DNA of 64,000 nucleotides from Eutreptiella sp. 'Long Island Sound 2002' (Eukaryota > Protista > Euglenida): positions 163,308,001 through 163,372,000 of the forward strand of contig OZ038378.1 of NCBI GenBank assembly GCA_964036045.1. Reading direction: 5' to 3'. Below the pieces are notes generated by a model that saw only the letters and a list, made by a program, of their open reading frames with translations, made no database searches and was not told the DNA's origin. The position numbers and the translations under genes are program-made. Positions 33,301-47,690 of the stretch are shown here, in pieces. Numbering within the stretch: position 1 is the stretch's first letter; each line of letters begins with the position of its first letter.

Positions 33301-34407
33301 ACTAGGGCAGCTCCATGCACATGAACAAAAAAGATGCGAACCGGAGTTTGATGCTATGCAACACTATGCTATGGTGTACAAACAAAGTTTATGTCACAAA
33401 AAAAGAATTTTGCAAGAAAAACTTTGTGGCAGAAAAAATTCTTTAGTACAAAATGGATGGTACTTGGGGCAAGTTTGGTTGGCCCTTGGGCATCACCCAA
33501 CCGAGCCCCGAGCACCACTGGCGCTCCATCAATTTGTTTGGACAACAAGAATTTGTGGTTCAAATGTTGCCTTGTTCTTGCATGCCACACCACCATCCAT
33601 CTTCTAAAAATTAATTGTCGAAGCACACCTTGCAGCACGGAGCCACAAGGCGACAATTGATCCATTCTTCCACGCACTTTTGGAAATAAAAGTGTTCAAA
33701 TGACCCAAATTGGTGTTCCGAAATTGGTTCAATGAATTGAAAAGGTCATGGAAGAAGTGGGCCAACAAACACAAACAATATTCACCATGAATTTCCACAT
33801 AGAAAACCGATGCAAAATTTTTGTTCCGACATGTTGATCCACAAATGTGCCAAGAAAACTGACAACAACCTACAGAAGAACTCCACACACCCCCATCCCC
33901 TATGCGGGTCCGTGACGTCACCTTTGCATGAGGTTGTCCTTGAGAAGCGGCTTGGGCACACTCTTGCTCACATATTCCCGTCTCACTCTGGAATTGTTCC
34001 AACTTCGACTTCATGATGGCAAGCTCCCGTTCCATGGTATGTTGACGCTCCATCAAGTACGCACGTTCATATTCCCATCCGTCTTTCCCCATCTCTTGCC
34101 CCGCGGAGCCATGCGCCATATCCGAGAAGTTGTGAGTGAGGTCCACGCCGGCGTGGACACTAGAAATATCTTCTAGTGAGTGTGAAAGCACACTTGCACG
34201 GCTATCTTTCCAAACGTCCTTAGCCGCTTGACAACCAACCGTAGAGCTCGCGAAGCACGAATCTTGACGGGGGCTACCATTTGTTTGCAATTCAAAGGCT
34301 AGTTTCGTTGATGTAACACCGGTTTGGCCTTGTTGAGGGTTCACATCAAAGGTTCCTTTGCACGCTTCCAATTTTGGGCACTCCTTCAAACTCTCGCTTG
34401 TTTCCAT
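24316..34407 (-). CDS. Multi-exon host gene, large low-complexity protein of unknown function; 3' end uncertain
   Basis: GT-AG-bounded open exons with matching phases: 34407-33922, ~31390-31280 (weak), 31111-~30745, 30188-29023, 27965-27837, 26364-25775, 25737-25682, 25611-25354, 24491-~24346. The chain from 30188 to 24491 is phase-consistent at every junction checked; the 30745/30188 junction is not resolved. Confidence 0.6.
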
Positions 34408-37400
34408 CGTTTGAGTTCACGATTGAAGGCATGCACGGTTTTCCAACCGCCGCCGGCTGCAAAATAAAGTATCACACGAAACAAAGGAGCGATAATACGA
34501 GCGTGAGGTGTAGTTTGCGTCCTTCCCCCATCAAGGAAGTGTCATCGACCCTCCACGATTCTTGGTCGTATCTTGGGCTAACCCCCTACCCCCCTCCTTC
34601 GCAAAATTGGAGAAAATTAATTTGACCCGCTATTCACTCTAAGAGGGAATCGGTTGATTGGCCGACGTGCGTTTTGAGCCGCGAGTGACTTACCTCATTT
34701 GTATGACACCTTAGTGGGATGTGTACTATGCAATCAACACAATGGTCCTTCATTTCATGTAATTTTCTTATTACCTACTATTGAAGCATGTTCGAGTGTT
34801 ACGGGTAGTATGATAGTGAGAAATGGCTTCGACGTTCATGATCGGTAGTGAGCTGGTGAGTCGTACACAAACAGCCACCACCCCGTGCCCAAACTTCAAG
34901 GGATAATTATTCTTACCCGCTATGTTGCCTATGAGGGGCTGAATTATACAAAATTGGCAGGTAGCCCAAGATACGACGAGTGCCGGTGCATTTGTTTTTT
35001 AGCTCGGAATTCGGTGATTCTAGACTTTGCATGTTGAAACTCCAAACACCACTCATCATACATTCACTTGGCATCGGGAGCCTCCAATGGTAATGTAGGT
35101 CAAGGACACGTGTGGCCCAATTGGCGGGAACTTGTGTCTTCGGTTGGAAACAACACAAAACGGCAACAAGGCGTGCACAATCGCTTGTTCGCAAGCAAGA
35201 CAAAAGGCTCTTCCGTGGAGTTGCATAACACAACTGACAAGGTGCGCTTTCACCACCTTGTCACATCGTCTCATTGTCTCACCCAAAACTAAAACTCGTG
35301 AATCGCTTGAGGCTGCCGACAACCTCTCATAAGGGAATATTTCACAGTATTCTGCGTCACACCGTCCCCCAACTCCCAACTCCCTAACCCCCCTCCTCCG
35401 TGGCTGGGCTTGTGGACAAGGAAAACACAGCTGTCGCTAAATCACATGAAGGAAATGAACTTGAGCAAAAATGCGTAAAAAGTGTTACTCAGGTGATGGA
35501 TGGTCTTGACCCCCGGCCCCCCCATGTTACCCGAGAAACATAAGGTGTTGCGAAACATTCCCGGGAGATCACTTGTGGCGAAGCATATCAGGACAGCCTT
35601 AAGCATCAATGCGCACAAGCAACAACAATGCCACCAATTAGGTGTCAACCTATGGGGTTCAAACATCTTGCCCAACGAAAAGCCGCCCAACAAAGTCAGC
35701 TCATTCGATTCATCTTTGTGAAGGGCAGGGACCGGAGCACCAAGAGCTTGAAGACACATTCTCTTTGGTCCGCGAGGTCGATCCATTTAGCGTGAAATTC
35801 AGGGAGTGTGCCGTTTCATTCCCTTCCCTTACATATAAAATCTTCCATTGCCGTGAAGCACCACTTCGCAACTGACGGCCACGAAAGTGCTAGAAATTTA
35901 GCATCGATCGATCCGCATCAATACTCTCTACATAAACATATGCTCAGATCGTGCATAAACCCGAATCTACTTTATATCCAGGTGATGAATTTGGCGAGTG
36001 CCCAGCAAGAAGAGTACAGATGAGTTACTCATGGGACTTTGCGGTCCCGCCGTTGGCACCAAACGCTTCAACTGCACGCCAGGGGTGACAGTGTACGCCG
36101 GGGACACAACAGTAAATTCCTTAGAGCGCGCGGCGTTCCAGCCCCTGCGCACAGCAAAACGGTCGGTCAGCTCCGTGGATTCAGCTCATTGATGCCACTG
36201 CGTGTCTCGTTTTGCACGGTTTTGATGCCCTTACATGTCTTGCGTAGATCACAGCTCAGCGCCTTCACATAGCCTCGTGTAGGGTGTTGGGTATGGGGAC
36301 CCGGCTCGGTGCATCCTGCTGTGTGTTCTGTGCCTTATGATGCGATGGGTCAGCAGGGCCGGTCCAAGCACTGATCTGGTGTGCAGGGGTCGCTCAGGCC
36401 CCACATCCCAGCTCCCGGAGTTGCCCTGGGCCACCAACCAACCAACCAACCAGATGAGTTACTCAGAAGGCTAAGGGCGTGCAAGAAGTGTAAAGAATGG
36501 GGGCCCTGGTCGTCCACCTGTCCAGGTGGCCAGAACCCTTCAGATACTCCGTGGAACACAAGAATCCGGCTTTGCCCCCCTACACCGCTGTACGCGGCTT
36601 TGGTATCCAGTACTGACCTTCATTAGTTGCTGCCACGGGTAGACTCGCAACACAATGTTTCGGTACCCACAGGCGGCACAGTAACCCATCTCATATGTAC
36701 TACTTGCAAGTGGTGGTTTTCAAAAACGTTAAGAGCGGTTACACGTGCTTACACCATGGTGGAAAACAGTAGAAAACAGTAGAAAACAGTATGACTGTAG
36801 TATACACTAAGAATACCATACACTGTAGTGAATAGACTGCAGTGAGTAAAGGCGCAGTCTGCATGCCTTTATCTGTATACTCCAGCTTTTGTAATTCATG
36901 TCCACTGTTGTGCTCCGTGGCCCGCTTTGATTGATTCATTGACCACTCCAACCTTCAGCGCTCATCACCATCCAAAAAATAAAAACGAGTGATCAATGTA
37001 ACTACTCATTGATTTCGATTTGGTGGTTCCTTGGAGGAGTGAGTTGCTTGCGTGCCTTTGTTTGTCTCTTGCGTGCAATTTGGAGACTTGCATGTCCTTT
37101 CACATAGTTCAGCACCCTCTCGATTGCGGGAGGGGTGGAAGTGCATAATTTCCCACCAATGGGGAGGTTGACGAACAGTTGACGAAGAGTTTGTTCTTGC
37201 GCCGCCGTGCATCGCCTATTACATTAATTGACGCTTCGAGGCACAGCGTGCACCATACTTTGACTCGACTAGATTTGTATTTGCTTGACATGTGATGCGA
37301 GTCTCAAGGCCCAGTTGATAGTTGTTTGTCTTCGGGCGATTCGTAGTAAAGACATAGACGCGTAGAGGGAGACGTATCACACGATGATGGTATGTTCATG

Positions 37401-40400
37401 CTTAGGGCCGTGCGTGCCTCGTGTGAGGCCACTTTTGACATTGGGGGACCACGGGATCAACATAGGAACATGGGGTAGAGGGGGGTGCAGGACGGGGTGT
37501 TGGGGTATGTCGGGGCTGCCCACATGACGTGGTTGCCCGCCAGAGCTGTGTGGACGCTGTGCAGTAATCTTTGCAGTGTCTGTTGGGCGCGTAGGCAGCC
37601 GGAGGTGCTGGTTAGCTGGCGCATGAGGGCTGCTTGGTCGGCTCAGGTGACCTGGGGGGCTCTCTGCGCATGGGGTGTGACTTGTCTACGTACTCGACGT
37701 CTGAAGCCGGTCCCACGCAAACCTAAGATGGAACCAAATGTATGCTATTCGTGACGTTTTCACAACTCCCTCGGCCCCCCGAGCCCCCGTGTTTGTGGAC
37801 CCACGAGCAAAAGACACATTTTTGTGGCCCAAATGTAGAAAATGAGTGACCATTTTCCCAAAAAGTCGCCTCTTTTTTTCGGGCACGCGCGCTCATTGTC
37901 TTCTTGGTGTTTGGTGTGACATTTACGACAAAATGTAAGACATCATGCCTGATGTTAGTCGTTGGGCCCCATGCACTAGCTGGCGCCCGTACCAAAGAAA
38001 ATGTGCTTACCGGACCCTCACTTGGGATTCCCCACAATAGGCACTTGCAAACCCCAAGCCCGAGTAGTCGGTACTTCCATTAAAGTAAGTCAACGCTATG
38101 ATATTCGTATTCCATGGGGAACGCACCAGCCACGATCGCATGTGGCGACGGTTGAGGTGCACGCGCACACCGAAATATCCATCAGACTGTCACGGGGAGA
38201 CGGCCAATCGCCATGCGCACGCGATCACGGGTCCCCAGACACCGAGGCCCACAAGCCACGCGCCAATGCACCATGCATACGGTCACGCACACCCAGCCAC
38301 AAAACATCACAACGCCATACGGATGGTACCAAACCCACTAGAGGACACTGAGCCCAAGCCCAAATTGCCAACCAACCCCAAACCCAAACCTAGTGCAACC
38401 ACCCCGCAGAGAGCGCTCCAATCGGATCCGCACAACGGTGTCACCATGGAACACATCGAGTCACAGGTGTCCGGCGTTATGGTTATACGACATTATGGTC
38501 ATATGGACGTGCTAACAGCACCCAGCTCAGTATACGTGCATGCTACACGTGCGTTGCATACGCACATCTTGTGCATACATGCCAACAAGCGGAAAGCCAA
38601 GGGACAAAGCCACACTTGTGTTAGGTCAACCTATTGCAGGTTGTGCGCATTTGATCGGTCTTCTTTCTGCTGTTACATTGCGAAACCGGCCGCCGTATTG
38701 CGTCTTTGTTGCAGAACGTAGCTTGAGCGACGTTACATGGACTCTACGCAAGATTTCGTTCGGTGTGTACTTGTTCATTGCCAACCAATGATATCCCTAT
38801 TTGACTAGGCACGGACGGAGGTCTAAATGCGTGTTATTGCCGTGGCGTGACGAGGAACACAGTCTAAGATATTCGTTGCTTGCGGGGGGGAAGGAGTTTC
38901 GCATTATACGTGCCCTCAGAGAATCTAATAGACGATGAAGTGCCTTTGCATTGCACATAGGAAGGGGGTTGTCAAATTTTGATGTTTGTTGCATGCTGGT
39001 TTCCATTGACGGACGTTAAGTACGGGACAGTGGGTGGGTGGGGGATTAAATTGGCCACCAGTGGGGCAGGGCTCACTAGTTATGGACCGTTCCATATCGT
39101 TGCGGAACAAGAGCTCGGGTCCGTTGCTGGAACAATTTGCAATGCACTGCTTGGAGGAGTGCTACATGCGCCCTGCATGTGGTGAAACTTTTGTTGACAC
39201 AAGTTTTTGCCGCAAAGAAATATTGACAAGGGTGAAATTTATTTGCCTTGTTTGCATCTTTGCATTACAAGTTAACACGTGCAAGATGGACTTTGAATTC
39301 AAAGCAGTTCTTGGATTGTCCACCATGTTGTGTTTGCATGGAATAACACCTTAGGTGCCGGGTTTGACCCAGTTTTAAATTGGAGATTGTTGCTTAAGCC
39401 CCCTTTTTCCCGGCGCGTGTGTCTCTAGGTGGGCTTTGACGTTTGGCTCTTGGTTTTTTTCCAAAAGATGAACATGGTTTGCACACTGCAATGCAGAAGG
39501 AAAGACCACTCTTCAGGGGGGGCACAATTGCAGGAGGGAGGGGTTAGATTAGTCCAGTGCTATTCCTTGCACATAGTTCCACGGAATAGGACATCGCGAT
39601 GAGCTAGTGGTGTGTGGTACGTGGTGGGGCAACAGTGCTACGTTGCAAGTCATGACTCAAAACATGTTGCATGTTTGGCAAGAGCCAATGATTACTAGGG
39701 TCACCAATGCCAGCACTCCGACAACCACGGTGCATTGCTCCCATGTTTCATTCTGAAAGCCATTAGGGTGATGACATGAGACCACATTGAAGACCCAAGT
39801 CAACGTTGCGTTATCATGCTTGAATATTGTGATGGCTTTGCGATGGAGAGAAGGATTGGTGGAAAGGCAATGGAGGGGGGGGGGGGAGGCACGCAACCAT
39901 CGTGCATGCGTGCATGTGTGGGATGGCAAAAAGATGGCGTTGCGTATTGGTACATGGGTGGAGGTGAGCAAGCAATATTTGACCTCTCCCAAGTGCACAC
40001 CGTACGTGTATTTATTGTCATCACTGCAAAAACTACTCCAGCTTAGCCCAGCCACACTGAAGGAAATGGGAAGACGTAGCAACAGTACCAAAGTGACATA
40101 GGGTGGCAACAAGGCGATGTGGTGATGATGTGTAAGGCCGAAGTGACAAATGGTCGCCGTCGAGAAGTTTAAACCGAAGTGCCATGGGGTACCACCGTAC
40201 CACAATCTCCGAAAATTGTAAGGTTCAAGGATAGTATCTTGTTTGTATATCCCCTTAGACACCCGAAGAAAACCTTCTTTACTAGTGCAATTTAGAATTG
40301 GACCTCAAGGAGTTGGGAACAAGGCTCACATTCTTAAAGACAGAGGTCTAGTGCTAAGGAAATTCGGTGTTATGGGTCTAAAGACAAGGTTGACGACGAA

Positions 40401-40658
40401 ACAAACCCGTAGACATGCAGAATCCCATCCCCATCCGACCCCCATGCCCCACACTTGGTGCGGGGACGAGCAATTATTTGCTTGGTGTGGTCTGCACCCA
40501 TGCTTGCGACCCATGCGGGAGTGGGGTATGCAGCTTGGGGTGAGGCTACAACATGTGCTCCTTCGTATCTTCGGACCTCTTTTTCCACAAGGCTTGAGGC
40601 CTTTTTTGCAGTGTAGCTTTGGAGTCGGGAGCATCATTGATCGATTGGAGTACGTCTT

Positions 40659-41245
40659 GGGGGGGGGGGGGGTGAATGGTCTGTGCCGTGCCGTGCCGTG
40701 CCGTGCCGCCTATAAGGGGAGGGGGGTAAACGGTCTGTGCCGTGCTGTGCCAAAGTGTACATACCAAATAAAGGCCACTCATGGAAGCGAGTAAGGACTC
40801 ACTTGGTGTGTTGCTTCTGGCCATGCCCTTTTTGTATGCTTGCCTCATCTGCAACTTCATGATGGTTTTGGGTGATTTAAATTACTAGTTATGAATGAAT
40901 TTGTGCAATGATTAGTTTGAATCTATTGGTTGTTTCATGCTTCCACGCCATGTCATGGCTGAATTTGCTGAACTACATGTTATGAAATTTAATTTGGAAC
41001 GCCGGACTCAATGTGCTTGATGAAGAATCTTTCCAAGAAGTGTGTGTTGATGATTTACTAGCCATTAAGGAATTCAATAATGAGTTTGAATCAATTGGTT
41101 CCTTCATGCTTTTGCACCATTTCATGGTTGACTTGTGCTATACATGTTATAAAATTTCCCAACTATTTCAACGGGGGTACGTCTGGGGGGGGGGGGGGGG
41201 TAAACGGCCTGTGCCGTGCCGTGCCGTGCTGTGCCGGGGGGGGGG
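40659..41245. repeat. Dispersed repeat bounded by G-run plus (GTGCC)n blocks, with an internal diverged ~80-bp duplication
   Basis: G-run, TAAACGG(T/C)CT and (GTGCC)n at 40659-40750 and 41186-41245; similar segments near 40905-40990 and 41078-41160. Confidence 0.55.
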
Positions 41246-41334
41246 GTCAAAGGGGTTGTGCCATGGAAGACGTAGTGCACAAGGGATCATTTACTGACAC
41301 TATTTGTTGTTGCCTCAAGCAGGGATGTATTGGA

Positions 41335-41445
41335 ATGGCTGACAACCATAGGAGGAGCCCCCCCCCCCCCTGGACCCCCCTCCCGCCCCCTAGACCTCCC
41401 CCCGCCTCCTCCCCTTCCAATGTTTGAGGCCAACAATAGGGATGC
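41335..41445 (+). repeat. Short dispersed repeat family with ACCATAGGAGGAG core and C-rich tract; other copies near 41845-41915 and 49996-50065
   Basis: GAA(T/C)GGCTGACAACCATAGGAGGAG is shared between 41333 and 49996. Confidence 0.6.
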
Positions 41446-41588
41446 CTTCCCACTTTTGCTTCCATGCCTTTGGCGCAAGAGTTCCCCTGTTTCCTTTCTA
41501 TTGCAGATGTGCCTTCAAATTAGGCCTACTCTTTCCTTTACCTATGTGAGTGTCAGTTGTTGTGTGCTGTGTATTGTACATTGCGTAT

Positions 41589-41800
41589 GGTACACCAGCA
41601 GGGGCCAACAGGTGCAGAAATTGGGACCCTGGGAGCCATGGAAAAAGCATCAGACTAAAAATTACAAAGTACATCAGCAGGGGCCAACAGGTGCAGAAAT
41701 TGGGACACTGGGAGATGTGGAAAGCATCGGACTAAAAAGAGAAGATACCTGGTACACCAGCAGGGGCCCCTAAGGACAGAAATTGGGATCCTGGGACCTC
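41589..41800 (+). repeat. Three diverged copies of a ~48-bp unit at ~80-bp spacing
   Basis: GTACA(C/T)CAGCAGGGG...CAGAAATTGGGA near 41590, 41669 and 41751. Confidence 0.7.
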
Positions 41801-42189
41801 CAACAGACATCAAAATTTTTTTGGTACCATTCAGCTGGGGGGACCATAGGAGGAGGGGGGGTCCGGCCAAACCCCCCCCTCCCAAACCCCCGACCCCCCT
41901 CCTCTCTTCCAATATATCCTTGGCCTCAAGGATTCCATTGCCCTCGATCACATTGTAGCTATTTAGGGCAATTTGTAATTTAGGGCAGTTTTGGGGCACT
42001 CTGGCTTATTCTGGTTTTTGGTTGTCCCTCGTGAACTCTTGATCATTGACAAGTATGCATGTGTGCGCCCATGCAACATTGACTCGTGATTTTGCCTTTG
42101 CGGGTTTGTTTGTAATCTGCCTTGGGATTCACCCCCTGTTTATCAGCCCCCAACAATGTTTGCAAGTGACACGTTCTTGTGGATTGCAG

Positions 42190-42244
42190 ACCGTTGGCAC
42201 CATGTTCCAAGTGCGGCCGTACTTTTGTAGCAAGCAGTCTACCG
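42190..42244 (+). CDS. Candidate exon encoding a CxxC zinc-finger half (PLAPCSKCGRTFVASSLP)
   Basis: TTGCAG acceptor and GT donor; resembles C2HC-type finger spacing; no second line of support. Confidence 0.4.
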
Positions 42245-43559
42245 GTGTGAATCCTGTTGCCTTCTGGACCTGGGGAACTGGGCAATTGTCGCGTTTTGTT
42301 TGCCAGACAGAACAATTTGCAGCCGAAGCTGCAAATGGAGCAGCACCCAGCCATGATCACGTTTCCGTTCCTCGTCATCTAGTGTTTCCTTTCTGTTATT
42401 CGGTTTACATCACCTCATCTCGGTCTCATGCCCATTTCATTTCTCTCTCCGGTTTGTTATCTCTTGGTTATTCCATATTGATTTGCATTTCGAGTGTTTT
42501 GTTTGTTGTGCTGGCTTTGGCGGGCCACATAAGGTTGGAACTGAGCGTGAGGTTGACACTGAGGATGACCTTTTTGGTAGTGGTGGTTGAACTGTGTTGC
42601 AGGTCCACGAAAAGTTCTGTCAAGTGCAGAGTGGTTCTACAACGCAACCGGCACGAAGTCGCAAAGCCGAATCTCGTTCAAGCAGCACTGGTGTCATTCT
42701 CCTTCAAGCGTGTGCAGTGTGGATGATGTGTCGCATGGTGCGTGGTGCCGGTGCAAAGGATACAAGGAAAGGTTGCACCATGTGTGGCACATGCTTCTTC
42801 CAGATGTTCCAGAGGTTCCTTGTGGCGCTTTTGCTGTGTCGAGCAGGTCCACCTGACGACGATTGGGCGCATCGTATCGATTGCTTCGCGTGGTTGTTTT
42901 GTGCATAGTCAGCTATGACTGACGCGGGCAGGATGCGGGAACAGGACACGGGAGACCCGAGGGAGAGAACGGAACGGGGGCATTTCCTGCAGTCATGTAT
43001 GTAGTTGTTTGGGAGCTTTCCCGGAATCACATGTCCCTTTCAAGTACTCATCACAAGTGACATGATGGGCCTTTGGTGTACAAAGTTGGACGATCATGGC
43101 CCAATGGCAGATGGTGCAACCTGTATGTCACCCAAGGCGCCCCACGGCGACTGGCGTAGGCACCCAATAGCACATAAATGCAACATGAGCAAAACCTTGT
43201 AACATCCGCATGGTACACTGGGGTGCAATGGGAAGGGTTGCAACCGGCGGGAGAGATGCATCATTTTGTGCGTTACCAAAATTTCCACCAACTTCCAGAC
43301 TCTCTGCTATCTTGTTCGTCTGCACTATCCACAGGGTGCTCTTACTATCGTTTTCATCTGCACTATCGCTCTTGGAAAAAAGAATGAAACAAACAAACAT
43401 GGAAAAACATATGATATGGCAACAAAATGTGCACATGGTGGTTGCAAAAAGAAAAATGTTGGGCTTACCAAAGTACGCTGCATTGGCACCCATGCACGTA
43501 TCTGTATTGCTGGCCGAGTCCGTGTTCCGACGGCCCACCATTGGCTGTTGATGCTTTAG

Positions 43560-43620
43560 GCAATGGACTTGTACGCTGTCCTCATTGCGGATCTGATATC
43601 CCTCGATCGGAAGTGCGGGA
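43560..43620 (+). CDS. Candidate exon encoding a CxxC motif (NGLVRCPHCGSDIPRSEVR)
   Basis: CTTTAG acceptor and a strong GTATGT donor. Confidence 0.5.
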
Positions 43621-46600
43621 GTATGTACTGATTCTTGCCCACTGTTTTCCCTTTTCATGCCCGACTGTTTGCCTCCTCGCCAGAGAATACATTTGATGCT
43701 GAGTATGTTGGCAGTCGATGTGTATGCTTTCCAAGCTTTGGGGTATTGTGCATTCGTGTTGCTGCCTCAGCGGTGGATACCTCACTGTTGGCACTCACTG
43801 GTGGCATCCACCAGCGGGCATCCACCCATTCTCAGTCAACCCACCCCCCCTTTTTTGCGATCTACATCACTGACAGCTGGCGCAAACAGCCAGGGCTCTG
43901 GAAAGGGGACCCCCCCCCCCGCGACGAATAAAGATGCACTTATACCTTACTGTGGAGTGCATTACCTCTGGTTTGCATTTGTCTGTTTTTTAATTAGGGC
44001 TCAGCCCCCCCCCCCCCCACCCCTGCCACGCGCTCTTCAGCAAATCGCTGGTGGTATTGTGCACTGGCTAGGGCTAGAGCGTCATCAGGACAGGTGTGTT
44101 CAATGATAGTAACAAGTATTGCAATGCACTGTCTCACGGACCTCCTGTATGGCCCTTCCCATGATGGCGAGCGCCGGGCTCTGCTATTTTCTTGCAGTGA
44201 CCCGCGCGGCCCTGTGTGTTTGGCTTGCTGGGGCTAGTGGTAGCGGCCGGCTGGCGAAAGCTTCAAAGTCCAGGGCAAGCTCCGCGAAGCACACCTGCCA
44301 GTGTCCCCTCGGGACCCATGCGTCCTCTGGCTGCGTCTCAATCCACTCTAGCGCCGCCAGCCACCGTAGGAGGAGGGTAGGAGATCAGCTCCTCACCTCC
44401 AGTCCCCAAGAGGGAGCGAATGGCCGGCCACTCTTCACCAAGTCCCAGGATAGGAGGGTGAAGTGGTGAGGAAGCGCTTGGGAAAAGGAGAGGCAAGGAG
44501 ATCAACGCAGCATTTTGCCGTGGTTTTCTATGCAGACCAGACGCGGCCCAGTGCCACAAGGGAAGACCTACCTCATGCGTGAGCCACAAATGGAACCGTA
44601 TTCTCCCCCACACAAGGCCCCAAGAGAACACACAAGCTGGAAGTTCAAAAGCGGCTTAGGTGCACGTGGACCTGGGGCATACACACCTGGCTGGAGTGCG
44701 CGGCGTGTGTAGCGGTGGGACACAGAGTCCAGCACAACAGCGCTACTGCCGGAGAGGACATACCGGTCATCCGCAGGAAGTGCCTCTGGGGTGCGTTGCC
44801 GCACGATGCAAGCTTGTCAGCTGCAGGACACCAGGGCATATGCCGGCAGCCAAGAGGAGACTACCCGGGACTCTGCCACAGTGGGCCTTTGGTGGGCGGG
44901 AAGCCGCCAGAAAATATGCGGCAAGGCAGTCTATCCTGGGGGCCAAAGCAACCGCTCAAGTGGTGATAGAGGACTGCAGTGGATGCAATTACAGCGTGGC
45001 ATGTAACGTCAGGATAGAGGCCACTGAATCCTCCACTCAAGGCGGTTCCCACCAAGGTGAGGGGCCAAGTCTAGATTTGAGCCTCCTAGTAGACTAGCTG
45101 TTGGGCACAATATGGCTGTCTTACTGACCTTGCTGAGCGATACTGGTGTATCTCCATACTATGGCCGCCCCCCACACAATTGCTCACACCCACCCGCCCA
45201 CCCACACCCACCCACACCCAACCACACACACACCTTCTCTCTCTCTCTCTCACACTCTCTGTGAGAGGGAGGGTATATACAACCTGTTGCAAGTGTGGGA
45301 GGGTGATTTCACCTGGTCCATGTCAATGGGCACATAGAAATGGCGTTATTGAGGAGGTAGACAGGCTAACAAAGGAGGGCACCAAAAAGTCAAAGGTGCA
45401 AGAGGTGCCGAGGAGAGGCAGCATGTCGCCTGCTGAAGAACAGAGGCAGACAGCCCACAGGGGTAGAGGGCTAAAGTGACACGCATGCATCTACGATTAG
45501 AAACAGACAGTCAATCACAAGGAAGCAACCAAAAAGGAAGAGGAAAGGGCCACCAGAACGGCTAGACCTAGAGGTGGATTAGACCACAGGCCGAGGCAAG
45601 GTACTTGAAGGCGGAACCCACAACCCAGAACTGCCGTCCACAATGATGAACGGCCATGGGTATCAAAGAACTGCCACAGCACGAACTGAGACGAACGAAA
45701 ATGATACCTGCGGCAGGGCAATTGGCAATTGGTGTGTATGCGTGCACACACAAACCATTTTTGCGATGGGTGTGCCTAAAGTCACAATTACGGGATGATA
45801 CAAACCCTAGTTCTTCTAAAGTTTTGTTCCAAGATGGACCCCCTAACCAATGGCAGGGTTCCAGGTTCTATCTCTGGGTACCCCTAATCGTTCCTCCTTT
45901 GGGGCCTTACCAGTCAGAACATAGCGCTGCCATTTTCAACCCTGCATGGGTTGGCTCAAAAATTCTAATTTTTGGGCGACCCGCAATGACTGGTTTTGAT
46001 AGCATCGGGCCAAGGTTGGGTCATCACTTGGTGACAATGGAAGAACATGTAAACCCATGGGGAGCCATGTGGCACCAATAAGGCCCTACCCGCTAGCCAC
46101 TAACAGCGCCGCTTTGGGCTGTTTTGGTTGGCTCATAGCAGTCACTGATGCGTCAATGGAGACCCAGGTCCCATTGATTTTTCCCCTTCTTTGTGGAACA
46201 AACCCCAATCAATGGTGGGGGTGACCTGACCATCTCCAAGATGAATTGAGGAATGCAAGGAGTAAGTGATGCTGTGCACTTGACACCACTCTTCTCATGG
46301 TCATGCAATTGAGGCAAAGCTCGGCACCTTGGCTCTCTGATGATTCTATCTGTCAGCTGCATTAAAAGGTGCATTGGACTTCATGAAATCAAGACACAAA
46401 AAACAATTGATTGTTTAGGCTTGACAAAGTGTTTGACAAAGGAGACCAGTGTTTGCAGTGCATTGTTGTGCACAATGTCTGCTTCTAGGTGTACGTATTT
46501 TGGCTCTAGTTTCTCATCAGTGTGTGCCTTCTCCCCCCCCGGCTCCTGCACTCCCAACACGCACACTGGCAACTACCAAACCACACTGAACCCTTTGTGG

Positions 46601-47415
46601 GTACTGGCAGGCGCACAGTTAGTATGCAAATTTCTTGTCAAGCCACATACATTCAGGACAGAAAAACTCACCTAGTGCAGCAACACAAAAAACACAGGGC
46701 GCCCAAGGCACTGGAAATTTTTGTGTCCATTTTGTCCAAAATCACCAAATGCAAGGCACAATGCTTTTCCTTGACCATCTCGTTGTGCCTTTTCCCAAAT
46801 ACCATTTTTGCTTCTTCTCAAAATTTCCTTCCCTGCCCTGGGTACATTTTATCACTGTCGAGTTGTACCCTGTCCTTGCACCGTCTACTGTTCCATTCCT
46901 GTTGCCTTTTTGCCGTTGTAGATTTTCGAAAAAGTATTGGATCCCTGTTGTGTGACCGGGACCAGGGGAGCCCCCGCTGCCCCTCCCCCTTGTATGGAAC
47001 ATGCCCCCTTCTTTGACCCACATCCCGTGATAGTAGAATTCTCGCTGCATGTGCTCATGCCCCACTGTGGCGACTGGTTTTGTGCTCAGTATCCGTAATG
47101 CTGTGGTCTGTTGTGCGTGTGTGTGACCATCCATCCATCTCCAAAGGCACATCAACGTGTGCAACTCTCACACCGCCAGCCGCTATTCCGATGCATTTCG
47201 AAGTCGATCTGACGTCCAGCGCAGGGTCGCCCCTGACCTGCTCGCGGGTTCGGCCTATGGGAATGCGATGGATGCAGAGGGGACAACAAGGTATGACAAC
47301 AGGACAGGGAGAGAGAAGAACTGAGGTTGATGCATCACAAGCTACATTACAGGCTCCAGATGCCATGTTTCATAGCTGAGAAACCAACGACCACAGCAAA
47401 GCCCCCGCATGCTCT

Positions 47416-47690
47416 GTGTGTGGTGCAGTGTGTGGTGCAGTGTGTGGTGCAGTGTGTGGTGCAGTGTGTGGTGCAGTGTGTGGTGCAGTGTGTGGTGCAG
47501 TGTGTGGTGCAGTGTGTGGTGCAGTGTGTGGTGCAGTGTGTGGTGCAGTGTGTGGTGTAGTGTGTGGTGCAGTGTGTGGTGCAGTGTGTGGTGCAGTGTG
47601 TGGTGCAGTGTGTGGTGCAGTGTGTGGTGCAGTGTGTGGTGTACTGTGTGGTGTAGTGTGTGGTGCAGTGTGTGGTGTAGTGTGTGGTGC
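47416..47690. repeat. 12-bp minisatellite (GTGTGTGGTGCA)n, about 23 copies
   Basis: Direct reading; explains the CGAV, VQCV and HTL repeat ORFs. Confidence 0.97.
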
